From Neocallimastix sp. 'constans' (lineage: Eukaryota), in NCBI GenBank assembly GCA_050613775.1, contig JBODTK010000144.1:1-64000 (forward strand): a stretch of 64,000 nucleotides of DNA, read 5' to 3'. Below, in pieces: positions 18,336 through 32,004 of this stretch. Positions within the stretch are counted from its first letter, which is position 1. Each line of letters opens with the position of its first letter. Under the pieces are notes generated by a model. It was not told the DNA's origin. It made no database searches and saw only the letters and a program-made list of their open reading frames with translations. Both the position numbers and the translations under genes were made by a program.

Positions 18336-20188
18336 ATAAAAAGAAATATTAATTTCTTATCATTTAAAATATAATATATATGTGATGAGATTATATTTTA
18401 AATGATAAGAAATTAATATATCTTTTTATAAACCTTTTTAAAGTTTATAATTTTTCTTATTTATTTAGATTAGCAATTCATGATAATCAAAATTTGTACT
18501 ACTATGACTATTTAACTTTTTACTATTATTCTAAAAACTAGTTTATTTATGGCTTGAAACTATAATATTAAATATTATTTTTTAAATTATATATATAATA
18601 AATCATTTGTGAAATGGCTTAATTAAAAAACAAAATTTTTGACAAAATTTTTCCTTTGATTGTACTAGAAAGAATTTAAATGAATAATATTAAACATTTT
18701 TATAATTTTCTTTTATATTACTATACGTATTTACATATAAATAATAATAACATATATTTGTAACTTTATTAATATTTATTATTTAATATTTAGTTATTAT
18801 TGCTATCATAATTAGTTTTAGTTAGAACAAAGAAAATAAAAGAGAAATTTTTTTTTTTTTCAAAGGAGCAAATCTAATTAAAAATTTAAAAGTCTAATAA
18901 AAATAATTTTTGTTTTTAATAATAATTTTATAAACTAATATAATTAAATATATGGTTTATTTCAATTAAAAATATTTTTAATATTTAATGTTTTTATATA
19001 TTATATTAAAATTAAGGATATAGTAAAGTACAAATAAAACTTTTAATAAAATTTTATTAAATAAATATTTAACATTTAATTAAAAAAGTTTCATTTAATT
19101 AATATAAATAAAATATATATTAATAGTACTTTCTTTTTATTAAAGTTTAGTACTACTATTATTTTAAATAATTTAAATAAAATATATGCTGATTATTATA
19201 TTATAATTATTATAACCAAAAACATTTAAAATAATAAGAAATATGGCAAATAATACATTTGTTATATAAATATTAATTTTTCTATTTTTTACGTATTTTT
19301 ATAATAAATTTTATTATTTTATTAGAGATTAATAGAAGATTACTCTTAAAGATTATTCGTAAAATATATAAAAAAATTTATTTTAGTTAGAAAAATTAAA
19401 TTTTATAAAACTTAACATTTTAATTATTTATTTCACAAATGTTTATTTAATAAATATATACCTCAATTTCAATGATAATCAATTAAATGTAGAAAATAAT
19501 AAAAAAAATTTGCTATGATTAAATATAATCATTGTAATTAAATCTCAAATATAATCTAAATATGTGTGGCGTGTAACTATAATAGATCATATACATACAT
19601 TGTAGTACAAATAAAAAAAGTTAATATGTTAATAATATATAAAATATATTAACATAATTGTTAATTGATCAAAAATCCTCAATTCATTAAGAAAAAGTTT
19701 AATTTATAATATTTATAAAATAGAATACTTTAAACATAAATGAAATATAATATTAATATAATATTAATATATATATATAATGTAATATTAATATAATATT
19801 AATATATATATAATGTAATATTAATATATATAATATAATATTAATATATTCTAATATTACCACAATAACAAAATTAATATAATGAATAATACAATAATAT
19901 AAAAAAGCTTTTTTTTTAAAAAATATTTTAAAATAATACTTTAATAATTGATATATTACCATTATTCAATATTATCTACATATTGTTAATAAATAAAATT
20001 ATTAATATAAAAAGTATTAAATTATATGATTTTCTTTTTCATAATTCTTTTTTTTATAATTATTATTATTTAATAATTTTTATTTTTTTCCTTTTTTTTT
20101 TTTTTTTTATTTTAAAGTTTTATTCTTTTTTCTTTTTTATATAAAAGTTTTTTTTTTTTATTTTTTTAGTAATAAAAATTATTTAGGA

Positions 20189-20235
<47 letters not shown>

Positions 20236-20844
20236 TATTTTTAAAATAAAAAAAAAATAATTAAATATACACAATAACTTTAATTTATTAATTTGATTTA
20301 TTAATTTGATTATTTATATATTTATTAATATTTAGTTGTTTTATAATATTTTTATTAAACTAAATATTAATAAATATATAAAAGTCTTGTAAAAAAAATA
20401 AAAGTAAAAATAACAATAAAAAATGAAATTTTTGTATATATAGTAAGTAAAACTTAATTATTATTAAATAATATACATATAAATATCAAAATCAAATCTT
20501 TATTGTAAAATAAAATTAAAATAAAAATAAAAATAAAAAAAAAAAAAAAAGAGTAAATTTATAAGATTTTTTTTTTTTTTTTTATATTTAAAAGTTTATG
20601 AATCTATGTTTATTTTTTTTTTTTTTCGATTTTTTAGTAATCATAAAATAATAAATATTAATAAATATTATCGTTTATATATATATTAACTATTTTATTT
20701 ATATTTATTGATTTATTATGTTTATTTAAAATTAAATTATTTATTATCAAATACAGATATAAAGATTAATATTATATATATATAAAATAAGAAATTTTAT
20801 ATATAATAAATTATTTTTTAGATATACAAATAAATAAAATAAAT

Positions 20845-20876
<32 letters not shown>

Positions 20877-20958
20877 AAATTAAAAAATATTCAATCAATA
20901 AATAATTTTAAATCGAAATATTTAATTTTAATATAATTACAGTATATATTTATAATAA

Positions 20959-23109
20959 ATGTCTCGTCACCGAAAAAATAATAAAAATTCAACAGAAAAT
21001 ACAAACCAAATGGCAAAGAAAAACACCTCACAACTTTCAATTCAAAAATTCCTAGTTACAAGTCCAAGAAAGTCATCTTTATCAAAACAAGATAATAGTA
21101 AATATCAATGCTTTAATAATTTTAAATAATTATATTTTTGGAATAATTAATGCTATTTTTTTTGTTTCTTACTTCTATTTTTTTTATTTTTACTTTTATT
21201 TTTATTTTTTATTTTTATTTTTATTTATATATATATTTATATTTATATACGTATAAAATAAAAGCCCCTGCAGATACAGCTACGACTTCGGATTCAACTA
21301 ATAATACTTCAAATAAATCGTTACTATCAAAAAAAATGAATAATCATGAGAAATCAAAATTTAGAAATGCTGTATTATCGCCAAAATTGAGATTAAGATC
21401 AGGTAAAAAAAAGAGATTATCTAAAGAAGAAAAAAAGAAGAAGAAGAAGAATTCAAATTCCCAACAACTTAGTTTATTATCATTCTTTTCACCTGCATAT
21501 CATTTATTTAAAAAAATATCAAGTAAGTATTAAATTAGTCAAATTTATGACAAAAATAATATAGAACAAATATATATAAAACTGTAAAAATTAATTGTAT
21601 TAATTTTTATTATGAAAAACAAAAATAAGGTCCATTCAAAAATGAAAAAAATGGAAAAACAAATCCAACTGATTCTGCAATTGAAATGGATTACAAAATG
21701 ACTTCAGATGTAGAAAATACCCAAGAAGAAGAAATTAAAAATGATATTGAAGATTATCCTATGATTGATGATGAAGAAGATGATATTGAAGATGATGATG
21801 CTGATGATTATGAAGAATATGAAGAATTCGATCCGTAAGCATAAATTATTTATAATATTATATAAAAAATAAATAAATTTAAAAAAAGTATAATAATGTA
21901 TTTGAAGAATCAATAAATAATGTTAATATATTTCAATAAAAAATTTTTTAAATTTTAGATTTGACTTTATAAGAAGTTTACCACCGTTGGAACCATATAG
22001 AGAACCAAGTAAATTATATATATCTAATTTTTTTAATATTTAATATTTTTATAATTTATTAATATGATATTTATTATTTAAATATATATATTCAGTTTTA
22101 CCTCCAAAGCAAGAGAACGACCCAAAAATTACTTTAGTTTTAGATTTAGATGAAACATTAGTTCACTGTACTACAACTGAAATGGAAGATTGTGATGTTT
22201 CATTCCCAGTAGAACTTAACGGACAACAATTTTATGTATCTGGACGTTATAGACCATATTGTGCTGAATTCTTAGAAAAAGCAGCCGAACTGTTTGAAAT
22301 TGTCATTTTTACTGCTTCTCAACAAGTTTATGGTATATATATATGCGTATAATAATTTATATTTTTTTCATTTCTATTAATTAAATATTAATAAATTACA
22401 AAAAAATGATAATAAATAATTATTATTTAAAATAAATTTAGCTAATACTTTATTAGATATTATGGATCCAACTCACAAACTTATTTCATATAGACTTTTT
22501 AGAGATGATTGTGTAGTAGTTTATGGCAATTACTTAAAGGTATTTTAAAGAATTAATTAAATAATAAAAAATATTAAGGATATGTTATTAATTTAATTAG
22601 AATTGTATATCAAATAAATATTATAATTTAAATATTCATATTAGTATTCTATTATTAATATTGTTTATATATTTATTTACTTATAAATATATATTTATTA
22701 ATTTATATTTATAAATTAAATATGAAAGGATTTAAGTGTTCTTGGAAGGGATTTATCAAAAACAATTATTATTGATAATTCAATATATGCATTTGGTTAT
22801 CAACTTGAAAATGGTATACCAATTACTTCATGGTATAGTGATAAGAATGATAAAGAATTACTTTGTGTTCTTGAATTTTTACAAACTTTAATCGAAGCTA
22901 ATGATGTAAGACCATATTTAAAAGAAAAATATAAATTAATTGATCGTGCTAATGCATCATACAATCGTTATTTAAATGAAAATTCAAATGATGATTCATC
23001 CGTATCAGTGCCAACTACACCTATGAAAACAATTCCTACAACAACATCAACAACTAGTTTAATTACTTCTTCACCACAGCAGAAATCACCAGTATTATAT
23101 AATAAATAG
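20959..23109 (+). CDS. CTDSPL2: CTD small phosphatase-like protein (CTDSPL2/SCP4-like, FCP1/NIF HAD domain), multi-exon
   Basis: [29 protein letters not shown] (DxDxT), [67 protein letters not shown]. Confidence 0.88.
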
Positions 23110-23914
23110 GCATTACTTATCTTTTCGATGAAAAATAAAATATATATATGATTAAAAGTGATTATAAGCATAAGAAAAAGAGAAAAAAAAAATTTTTTTT
23201 GTATTCATATGTATAACATATATATATAATGAATAATGAAATATCAATAATTACTTTTTTTAATATATTAATATATACGAAAACTATTAAAATAAATATT
23301 TAATTATTATTTTATAAAATTATTTAAATAATCACAAAATAATAATAATTTTTAAATATCTATACATTTTTATTTTAACACCCTTAATATTTTTAAAATA
23401 TATTTTAGAACAAAATTAAATTTAATATTAGATATAATATATAGAATAATAAATTCAAAGTAGAAAGAATAAATATTATCGGTTTTTAAAATAAAAATTT
23501 TTTTTAAGAAATGAAATCAAATATAAAATAAAAATAAATACAAACAAAACACACACAAAAAAAAAAAAAAAATTAAAATACTAAAAAAAAAAAAAAAAAA
23601 AAAAAAGTAAATAAATATAATTAAATATAAAATAACAATTATATTTAAATATATTTTAAAATGCAATATTAAAAACAAAATAAATAAATTAAAATAAAAT
23701 TAGAAGAATCTTATAATTCAAAATTATATTTTCCAAAAAAGAATAATAATAATTATAAGATAAAAAATGTTTTTTTAAAAAAAAAAAAATTAAAAAAAAT
23801 AAAAATAAAAATAAAAAAAATATATAAATAAAAATAAAAAAAATAATCATAATAAATAAAGTTATTGAGTTAATATAAATCAAAAATAAATTCAATTCAT
23901 CAATATAAACTACA

Positions 23915-23955
<41 letters not shown>

Positions 23956-24216
23956 TTTTATGAAAAAAGATACATGCATAAAACAATAAAAAATTACATT
24001 TATATCTATGTAAATTTTTTTTTTTTTGATCAAATATATATCTATAGACAAGAGTATAAAGAAAAACCCCTAAATATATATATATATATATTAAACATTT
24101 AAAAATATATTGATAGAATTTTAAGATAATTTTTATTATTTTTATAATTTATAATTAATAATTATAAATTAATTTTTTTACGCATTTTTATATGTTTTTT
24201 AAAATGTTTTTAAAGT

Positions 24217-24265
<49 letters not shown>

Positions 24266-25465
24266 GCTATTAAAAGTTAAAAAGTAAATCGTATATTATT
24301 ATTTTAGTAGTTATGTTAATAATTATCATTAAAAAAAGTATTATTTTATATTATTTTTATATATATAATATTAAAAATATAGTAAAAAAAATTATTATTT
24401 TAATATTAATAAAAAATATAAAATATATATATATTTATATATAAATAATAATATTAATAAAAAATATATTAAAAAAAAAAAAATAAAAAAAAAAATGCAC
24501 GATTGATATAAATTACTTTAAGTAAGTATATATTATAATTTATCTTTTGATTTAAATAATATTAATGTTTATAATATTTATTATTTATATAAATAATTTA
24601 CCCTTCCCTTTTATAATTAAATTAAAAAAAAAAAAGACTATACCTTTTATGATTTATTATATTCATATTTACTATTTCAATTATTTTTTTTTTTTTTTTA
24701 ATAATTTGTATTTAATTACTTTTATATATATATAAATTAATATTGTTTTATATAAAAATAAATTATGATTTTAATATATTTCTTTTTTTCATAAATTTTT
24801 AATTATTATTATTATGTTATGTTACTTTTAAGATGTTTTATATTTATATCTTTATATATATTGATGTTTTATTATAATATTTTCTTATTTTTTTAAAAAA
24901 TATGTATATATTAAAAATAAAAATTAAAAAATAAAAAAAAAATAGATTAGTGGAAACCACATTTTTAATTTTATAAATATTACTTTGTTTTAATTTATTA
25001 AATTTTTTTGATAGAAATTATTTCAATTCAAATCATTAACGTATAATTAAATTCAAAAATTTTCACTCTAATTTTGCATTATATTAGTTAATTTTTTTTA
25101 ATTAAACTTATTATTTTTAACATATAAAAAAAATTAAAAAAAAAAGTTATTATAAAGTTTAAAACAAATTAAAAAAAAAAAAGTTATAAAGTTTAAAACA
25201 AATTAAAAATATTTTGACTTTTTTTTTTTTATTACAAAATTAATAATATTTAAAAATTATCTTTATTTTATATTTTTATATTAAATAAAATAATTTTAAG
25301 ATTGATTCATTAATTCAAATTTGATTTCTTATAATAAATATTATTATTCGAAAAAATGATAGAATTAATTTATTTCTTGAATCATATTAATTATGAATTA
25401 CCTGATTCAACTATCTGATAATTATTACTGTTTAATTATTTTAGGTATTGACGTTTGTTCTACGA

Positions 25466-26915
25466 TTAAAATTTTATTATCATTATCTCAAAAATTTTAC
25501 TTGTGAAACTTTTTAATTTTGTTCCATTAATGTTTTTTGTTAATATGTCGGCCACCATTTCACTTGTATTCTTGTATTTTAGTATTATTTTGTTTTTCTT
25601 AACGTTGTTGTTATTGAAATGAAATTTTATATCTATATATTTAAATTTTGTAGAGAATTCACCATTTTCCATAATTATTTTACTTGATTTATTGTCTGTG
25701 TATATTGTGATAGGAGATTTGTGGTTGAATAATTCATATATAATGTTTCTAAACCACAGAGCCTTCTTGATGCATTCTGAGGCACTAACGAATTCTGCCT
25801 CTGCAGTGGAAGTAGCTACTATTGTTTGTTTCTTGGAATACCATGAAATGGGCGAGTTTCCCATTAAGAATATATGACCTGATGTTGATTTCCGGTCTTC
25901 CTTGTCCCCAGTGAAATAGGCATCGGTATATCCATGGAATGGACCTAAACCATTATATAAAATTTTGTAGTATTTAGTGTTATTTAAATATTTTAAAATA
26001 TTAATAATTTTATACCAATCGGCGTATGTAAGATTTTCACATTGTCGTGCAGCATGATGCACTGCGAAAGAAATGTCTGGCCGAGTGCATTTTGCTAAAT
26101 ATATAAGTGATCCAATTACACTTTTATATGTAGTAGGATCAAAAAGGTTTATCATTAGTAATATTATTTAGTGTGCAAGGTGTGTTAGTTCTTTTATTTT
26201 GAGTAATTTTAAAATTACTCAATAAATTTTCAATAAAATTTGTTTGTGAAATTCGGTATTCGAATTTCGTTTGTTCAATTGTAATACCTAGAAGATATTT
26301 TATAGGCCCATAATTAGAGATTTTAAATTTTGATTTAATTTTATTGATTATATCATTTATTTCATAGTTATTACTACTGATGATCATATTATCTACATAT
26401 ATACCAATTAAACAAATTATTTTATTATCTTTTAGTTTCCTAAAAATGCACGGGTCGGATTTTAATTGATGGAAGCCTTGTTCTTTTATGAAGGTAGAAA
26501 TTGTTTCGAACCATTGTCTTCCAGACTGCCTTAAGCCGTACAGAGCTTTATTTAATTTCCAAAATCCTTTTTGATAATTCTTATCTCCGGGAGGGATAGT
26601 GGTATATATGTCTTTATCAAAGTTAGCGTTTAGGATGGCAGCTTTTATGTCTAACTGGTAGATATTCCATTTTAAGTAAGATGCAATAGATATTATAAAT
26701 TTTAGGCTATCTAAATTCAAAGTAGGAGAGTATGTTAATTCAAAATCAATATCAAAAACTCTGGTAAATCCTCGAGCAACGAGTCTAGCTTTGTATTTTG
26801 TTATATTATTGTGCTCGTCTCTTTTAATCGTAAATACCCATTAGGTAGTAATTGTTTTTCTATTATTTGGTACTTCTTTGACTATTGTCATAATATTATT
26901 TGAATATAAGTTGTA
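25466..26915 (-). mobile_element. Degraded Ty1/Copia RT-RNaseH fragment, no LTRs seen
   Basis: KYKARLVARGF, QLDIKAA, KALYGLRQSGRQW, ATSTAEAEF. Stop near 26842, frameshift near 26145, catalytic YVDD mutated to YVDN. Confidence 0.9.
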
Positions 26916-27331
26916 TTACTATTACTTTGTTTAATTGATGGATTTTGGAACATAATATTTTTTGATAATTCATCTTCACTAAGACTACTATTAAAACTAG
27001 ATGAAAAAGAAAAAGAATTTTTTTATGTCCAACCTTTAAAATTTTTTTAATAAATTTAATATTTAATTAAATTTTTAATTATTATTAAATTAAATATGAA
27101 AAAAAATTTTTCTTTTTTCATTTTTTTTTTTTTTTATTATTCTATTTTTAATCTTATTTTTTATACATATGTATAATTAAAATATTTTAAAGAATATCTA
27201 TAACATTTATTATTTATACATATTTTTATTTATTAATAAAATAAAAATTAACGAAAAAATAATAATAAAACAAAATAAAAATAAAAAAAAAAAAAAAAAA
27301 TTAAAAAGTCATAGTAGAAAATAAAATAAAT

Positions 27332-28800
27332 ATGAATAACAGTATAAATAAGAAAGATAAATTATTGGAAAAATATAATGAAAAAAAAAACTTACACCTA
27401 GAGTATTAGAAGTTCTAATAAATAAAAATCATAATGATTTATATATATCTTCTTCTTTAATAAAATTATTAATTGAAAAGAATGAAATGGTTTTATTAAA
27501 AATTATTTTTGATAATTTAAAGATTTATGATAATGATTTTATTAAATGGTTACTTTTTCTATATAAAAATAAAATCTTCTATTTCTACTGAAAAATTAAA
27601 TCATGAGATCTCTGAAGATAAATATAAAATAATAATAAATTATGTAAAAAGACGTATTCTTTTTAACAGAGAGACTTATAAAATTGAAAATATGAATAAA
27701 AATTTAATATATTATTTAGTTGAACATGGAGTAGATATAAATAAAGATAATATGTTTAGAGAAACACCTTTATTTTATGCATGTAAAAAGTGGAAATAAA
27801 GATTTAGTACAATATTTGGTGGAACATGGAGCAGAAATAAATAAAGAAAATAAAGATGATGAAACACCATTATTTATAGCATTCCTTAGTGGAAATAAAG
27901 ATTTAGTAAAGTGCTTGGTAGAATGTGGAGCAGATATAAATAAAGAAAATAATTATACTAATGAAGCACCATTATTTTATGTCTGTAAAAGTGGAAATAA
28001 AGATTTAGTAGAATACTTGGTAGAGCATGGAGCAGATATAAATAAAGAAAATAAAGATGGTGAAACACCATTATTTAAAGTATTCCGTAATGGAAATAAA
28101 GATTTAGTAGAATACATGGTGGAACATGGAGTAGATATAAATAAAGAAAATTGGAATGGTGAAATACCATTATTTAGAGCATGTGGAATTGGAAATATAT
28201 TTAGTAAATATCTTGCTGAAATATAAAGCAGATATAAATAGTAGAAATAAAGATTTAGTAGAATACTTGGTGGAACATGGAGCAGAAATAAATAAAGAAA
28301 ATAAAGATGGTGAAACACCATTATTTATACATTCCTTAATGGAAATAAAGATTTAGTAGAATACATGGTGGAACGTGGAGCAGATATAAATAAAGAAAAT
28401 AATTATACTAATGAAGCACCATTATTTTATGTCTGTAAAAGTGGAAATAAAGATTTAGTAGAATACTTGGTAGAGCATGGAGTAGATATAAATAAAGATA
28501 ATATGTTTAGAGAAACACCTTTATTTTATGCATGTGAAAGTAGAAATAAAGATTTAGTAGAATACTTGGTGGAACATGGAGCAGATATAAATAAAGAAAA
28601 TTGGAATAGTGAAATACCATTATTTAAAGCATATAAAAGTAGAAACAAAGATTTAGTAAAATACATGGTGGAACATGGAGCAGATAAAAATAAAATTATA
28701 AAAAGATGGTAAACCATCACTATATTATAGAAATTATGATATAGAACATTATTTATTAAAATATATCACAAATATTATAGATATAAATAAAAGCAATTAA
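27332..28800 (+). pseudogene. Ankyrin-repeat gene (~10 repeats), frameshifted
   Basis: Tandem ~99-bp units NKENxxGETPLFxACxSGNKDLVEYLVEHGADI across ORFs 27527-28712; frameshifts near 27785, 28195, 28330 and 28700. Ends are approximate; some shifts could be homopolymer sequencing errors. Confidence 0.8.
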
Positions 28801-29248
28801 CAAAGAAAAAAAAAATATATAATATAAATAAAGAATTACTTTATTTATTATATATATAAATAAAGATAATAATTTATCAATTTATTTTTTTTTTTTTTTC
28901 ATTTGACCATCATTAATCTAAAAAATGATATTTATATATAATATACTATAATTTATTTTTTATTTTTTATTATTTTTTTTTATTTCTATAATAAATATAT
29001 ATAATATTTGTTTATTATTATTTTACATAATTTTATTTTTAATTTTTAATTTTTAATTTTTAATTTTAAATTTTAAATTTTTACTTCTAAATTTTTACTT
29101 TTAAATTTTTACTTTTAAATTTTTACTTTTAAATTTTTACTTTTAAATTTTTATATGAGATTATAAAAATATTAAAATTTTAAAAATTACAATTTTATAT
29201 ATTTCATTTCTTGTAAAAATAAATTCCTTGGAACTATTATTAGACTAA

Positions 29249-29293
<45 letters not shown>

Positions 29294-29723
29294 AACTTCT
29301 CTTCACATTGAATGATTTTCAATGTAAAAATATTAGAAATTGAACATATCCAAAAAAAAAAAAAAATCAATTAACAAAAGATTATTCATTTTTTAATTGA
29401 ATAGATATGGTTATTCTTTATTAATATTTCAAGTAATAATAATAAAAATGAAAATGAAAATATTTTAAGTTTAAATTTTTAATTTTTATTTTTTATTTTT
29501 ATTTTTATTTTTATTTTTATTTTTATTTTTTTTGATAGGATAATGATCAATTTTTTTTTATTTGGGTATTAACCACTTTGTTAAATTGTTATTAACATAG
29601 TATTTTTTAAGTTTCCTTTTTTTTTTTTTTTGTAAATATTTTTATTTTTATTATTTTCCTTTGTTTCTATATATCTAAAAATTATATTTTTATTATCATA
29701 TATATTTTATAAGAATATACTGA

Positions 29724-30884
29724 TTAAATGCCATTGGGTACAAATAATTGTTTATTGACAATAAAAGTAAAACTTATCAGAAGGATATAGAAAATACTTA
29801 TATAAAATGGAAATACGATCATTCCAATAAGTTGCCCTAATAAACCACAGAGAATTGGAATAATCATAAAAGTTAAACTACTAATAGCCATTTCCATACC
29901 GATAATGGAGGGAGAACTGGTTTCTCCATAGATAATCGGGGTGATAAAACTAAAATTAGGAAAAAGTGGACCATTCCCAAATCCTATTAATGATAATCCC
30001 AGTCCAGCAAGAATTAATGATTTGGAAAATATAATAAATAAAATTCCTGCACCTAAAATAAGCTCACCAAGAAATACTATTTTTTTAGAACCTAATTTGT
30101 GGGCTATTAATCCAGTAATAAATCTTCCTAAAACAATACTAAGGTAATAAAATATGATTATACTTGCAGCAGTTTCGTCAGCAATATTTTTCGTTTCCAC
30201 TAGATAAGTACTACCATAACTACTACAAGATACTTCAATAGCACATGAACCAACGAATAAAACCAATAAGGTTAATACACCTTTAATTTTTACAATTTTT
30301 TTGATGGGAAGATCTTCAATGTCTTCTTCCGTTAATTTACTTTCTTTCTTTTTCCATAAAAATAGAGTTGTAAAAAGAATGGTGGTAATTACCGCAAGAA
30401 TGATACACATAATCAAATAACCTTTTCTCCAACCTCCTTCTTTTTTTAATACGGAAGAAAAAATATATGGACTTACTACTACGCCTACCCCATAAAATGA
30501 ATGCAAAAAATTTATATGATGAGCTTCATAATTAATGGAGACATAATTATTCAAAGCCGTATCTATAGAACCAGCACCAAGACCAAGTGGAATAGCGCAC
30601 AGGCATAACATCAAAAAATTTTTTGAATAAGAAAATGCAAGAATGGATACTGTTGTTAATGCCATACTAAATGCAATGACATTTCCAGTACCAAATCGTT
30701 TTATAACCTTAGCACTCATCAAACTTGAAACCATTGTTCCACAATATACTATTGTAATTATAAAGCTTCCTAAAGATATTGGAAGATTCCATTCTTTATA
30801 AATAGCAGGCCAAACCGTCCCAAATATAGAATCGGGAAGTCCCAATCCAATAAATGCAATATATAAAACAGCTAGTAAAAACAT
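29724..30884 (-). CDS. Major facilitator superfamily transporter, bacterial type, intronless
   Basis: 386 aa, ~12 hydrophobic segments; LYIAFIGLGLPDSIFGTVWP, PLGLGAGSIDTALNNYV, NFLHSFYGVG, GFGNGPLFP. Confidence 0.88.
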   Translation of the reverse strand: MFLLAVLYIAFIGLGLPDSIFGTVWPAIYKEWNLPISLGSFIITIVYCGTMVSSLMSAKVIKRFGTGNVIAFSMALTTVSILAFSYSKNFLMLCLCAIPLGLGAGSIDTALNNYVSINYEAHHINFLHSFYGVGVVVSPYIFSSVLKKEGGWRKGYLIMCIILAVITTILFTTLFLWKKKESKLTEEDIEDLPIKKIVKIKGVLTLLVLFVGSCAIEVSCSSYGSTYLVETKNIADETAASIIIFYYLSIVLGRFITGLIAHKLGSKKIVFLGELILGAGILFIIFSKSLILAGLGLSLIGFGNGPLFPNFSFITPIIYGETSSPSIIGMEMAISSLTFMIIPILCGLLGQLIGMIVFPFYISIFYILLISFTFIVNKQLFVPNGI

Positions 30885-31486
30885 AATCCTTTAATATGTC
30901 TGTGGAATATTGAAAATTAATAAATATATAATAAATATGAAACAATATATAATTATATATTATCTTTACTATTTGACTTTTAATATGCTTTAATTTGCTT
31001 TTATTAACTATTTATTATCTTAGTGTTTGGCTTTTAATTTGCTTTTATCCATTCATATTACTTATTATATTTACAGTTTTGTTTTTATTTTATTTATTAT
31101 CGCAAATAAAAAGTACTTGAAAAAAAAAAAAAAAAAAAAAGTAATAATATTTAATAAAGGATAAATATATATATATGTAATTTTCTATAAATATAATAAG
31201 GGTAAGAGCTTATATTTAGAAATGCTATTATCTGAATATTTGTTTATTTGCAAAATTTAAAATTTTATAATGGTATGGATGTTTTATTTAATGTTTTAGT
31301 CTAACTATAATAGTTTGCTTAAATAATTTAAAATATAATTAACAAAAATAAATTGTAAGTATGTAGTAATATAAAAATTAATTTTAAATACTTTGTTATT
31401 CCTAAATAAACTAAAATGATACCATAATTGAAAAGAAATTATTAATCTTTAAATTATATATATATTTATTTTTATTTTTATTTTTA

Positions 31487-32004
31487 TTTTTTTTTTTTTT
31501 TTTTTTTTTTAGACTATCCCTTGTAGGTCTTGATCATATCATCCCAGCCACAACAGACAACTAATATCAGACAAACTTTATATCGGGTATATCAGGATAC
31601 AACAAAGTGCTCCCATGCCATACCATTTCGGTGTCGACGCTCTCAGTCACGGATTACAGAACCACAAGATTTGAAGATGATGGATACGGCAAGCCACAAC
31701 TACATACACTATAACATTATTATTTATTTACTACATTACCTTTCTCCAAATTAGGAAATCTATCCTAACACGTGATGAACACGCGGATACATTAACTAAT
31801 GAGGATTTACAATACGCAGGAATCACCCCGCTTCAGGCAATGTATACGTACAACTGAGAAGCACGATCATAGTGTAGACGATGACTTGTTCGATTTAGGG
31901 TTAGGCTGTCAAATGGATTATAATGGGTGGTAAGGTGGAATCGAACTCCGGACTATTGACCTCAGGGTATACGCGCTAACCATTGACCCGATCTCACGGA
32001 GTTC
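31487..32004 (-). mobile_element. tRNA-derived SINE family 1 (~490 bp plus poly(A))
   Basis: Minus strand starts with A-box-like TCGGGTCAATGGTTAG and B box GGAGTTCGATTCC, has a GC-elevated body and ends in a ~24-nt A tail (T run 31487-31510 on +). Confidence 0.75.

Noticed and set aside
31616..31650. Hammerhead ribozyme or SECIS in the shared SINE motif (CTGAGAG...GAAA)
   Set aside because: Core is not CUGANGA, GAAA is not conserved in SINE2 or the LINE, and stems I/III and tandem G-A pairs could not be built.
31530..31754. 74-aa ORF and the 39246-39449 ORF as genes
   Set aside because: Both lie antisense within SINE bodies, start at TTG and show no recognisable motifs.
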